Source: Mobula hypostoma (lineage: Eukaryota). From it: a stretch of DNA of 64,000 bases. A program made the translations under genes and the position numbers. Positions 63,375 to 64,000 of the stretch are shown here, in pieces (position 1 is the first letter of the stretch; every line of letters begins with the position of its first letter). The stretch lies in the NCBI RefSeq assembly GCF_963921235.1, contig NC_086108.1:100008001-100072000 (forward strand), written 5' to 3'. The notes beneath the pieces were generated by a model. That model was not told the DNA's origin. It saw nothing but the letters and a program-made list of their open reading frames with translations, and ran no database searches.

Positions 63375-63865
63375 AGTACAGGTACATCTGCCTCCAAGAT
63401 GCACTATAGAAAGCATCCCATCTGGATGCCTCACAGGTTGGTATGGCAGTTTTGAAATGGGTGGATACACCATCCAGCCTATGCTCCCTGCTCTCTTCTC
63501 ACTGCTGTCATCATGAAATAGGTACAGGAGCCTTGGGTCCCACACCGTCAGGTTCAGGAACGGTTGTTGTCCTTCAACCATCAGACTCTTGAACCAGCGT
63601 AGATAACTTCACTCACCTCCACACTGACCTGATTCCACAACCTACAGGCTCAAGGACTCTGCAACCCATGCCTTCAGTATTATTCAGTTATTAGTATTCT
63701 TCTGTATTTGCACAGTTTGTCTTCGTTTGCACATTGGTTATTTGTCAGTCTTTGCATGTGTGCAGTTTTTCATTGATTCTATTGTACATCTTTGTTCTAC
63801 TGTGAATGCCTGCAAGAAAAAGGACTCAGAGTAGACTTTGATAACAAGTTTACTTTGAGCTTTGA
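63375..63865 (+). mobile_element. Rex1/Babar-like 3' fragment
   Basis: gatgcactatagaaagcatc.. (RCTIESI); tail matches other copies. Confidence 0.75.
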
Positions 63866-64000
63866 ATCTTAGGCAGTGCAGCCCAGGAAGTAACTTTCTC
63901 TTTCTGTGTCCACAGTACCACTTGCGGAACAGCTCAGCATGGAAGCTGTTTGCATTGCGCTGGCAGAACTGGATGATTCTCGGGTTAATCCTGGGCCTGA

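Overview
Eukaryotic, repeat-dominated (~42% GC by eye) intergenic or intronic DNA. The repeat set (CR1, Rex1/Babar, RTE, Penelope, V-domain SINEs, Tc1/mariner) suggests a cartilaginous fish, probably a ray; this is inferred from repeat style only. No intact host gene is recognisable, and nearly all listed ORFs are TE fragments or low-complexity noise. The standout is a 1365-bp composite insertion at 59429-60793. It has two 198-bp LTR-like units (each TGT...ACA, about 93% identical) in INVERTED orientation and a 4-bp TSD (GAAG). It carries a mosaic of spliced ARHGEF7 (beta-PIX) mRNA fragments in both orientations, one of them joined in frame to a Gypsy reverse-transcriptase fragment. Also notable: a young Penelope insertion with an open GIY-YIG ORF, inverted pLTRs and intact minimal hammerhead ribozymes; a palindromic mariner MITE with four TIR copies; SINEs whose body matches a bipartite RTE derivative in the same window; small solo LTRs; and many nested insertions. 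Boundaries of old, decayed repeats are approximate.
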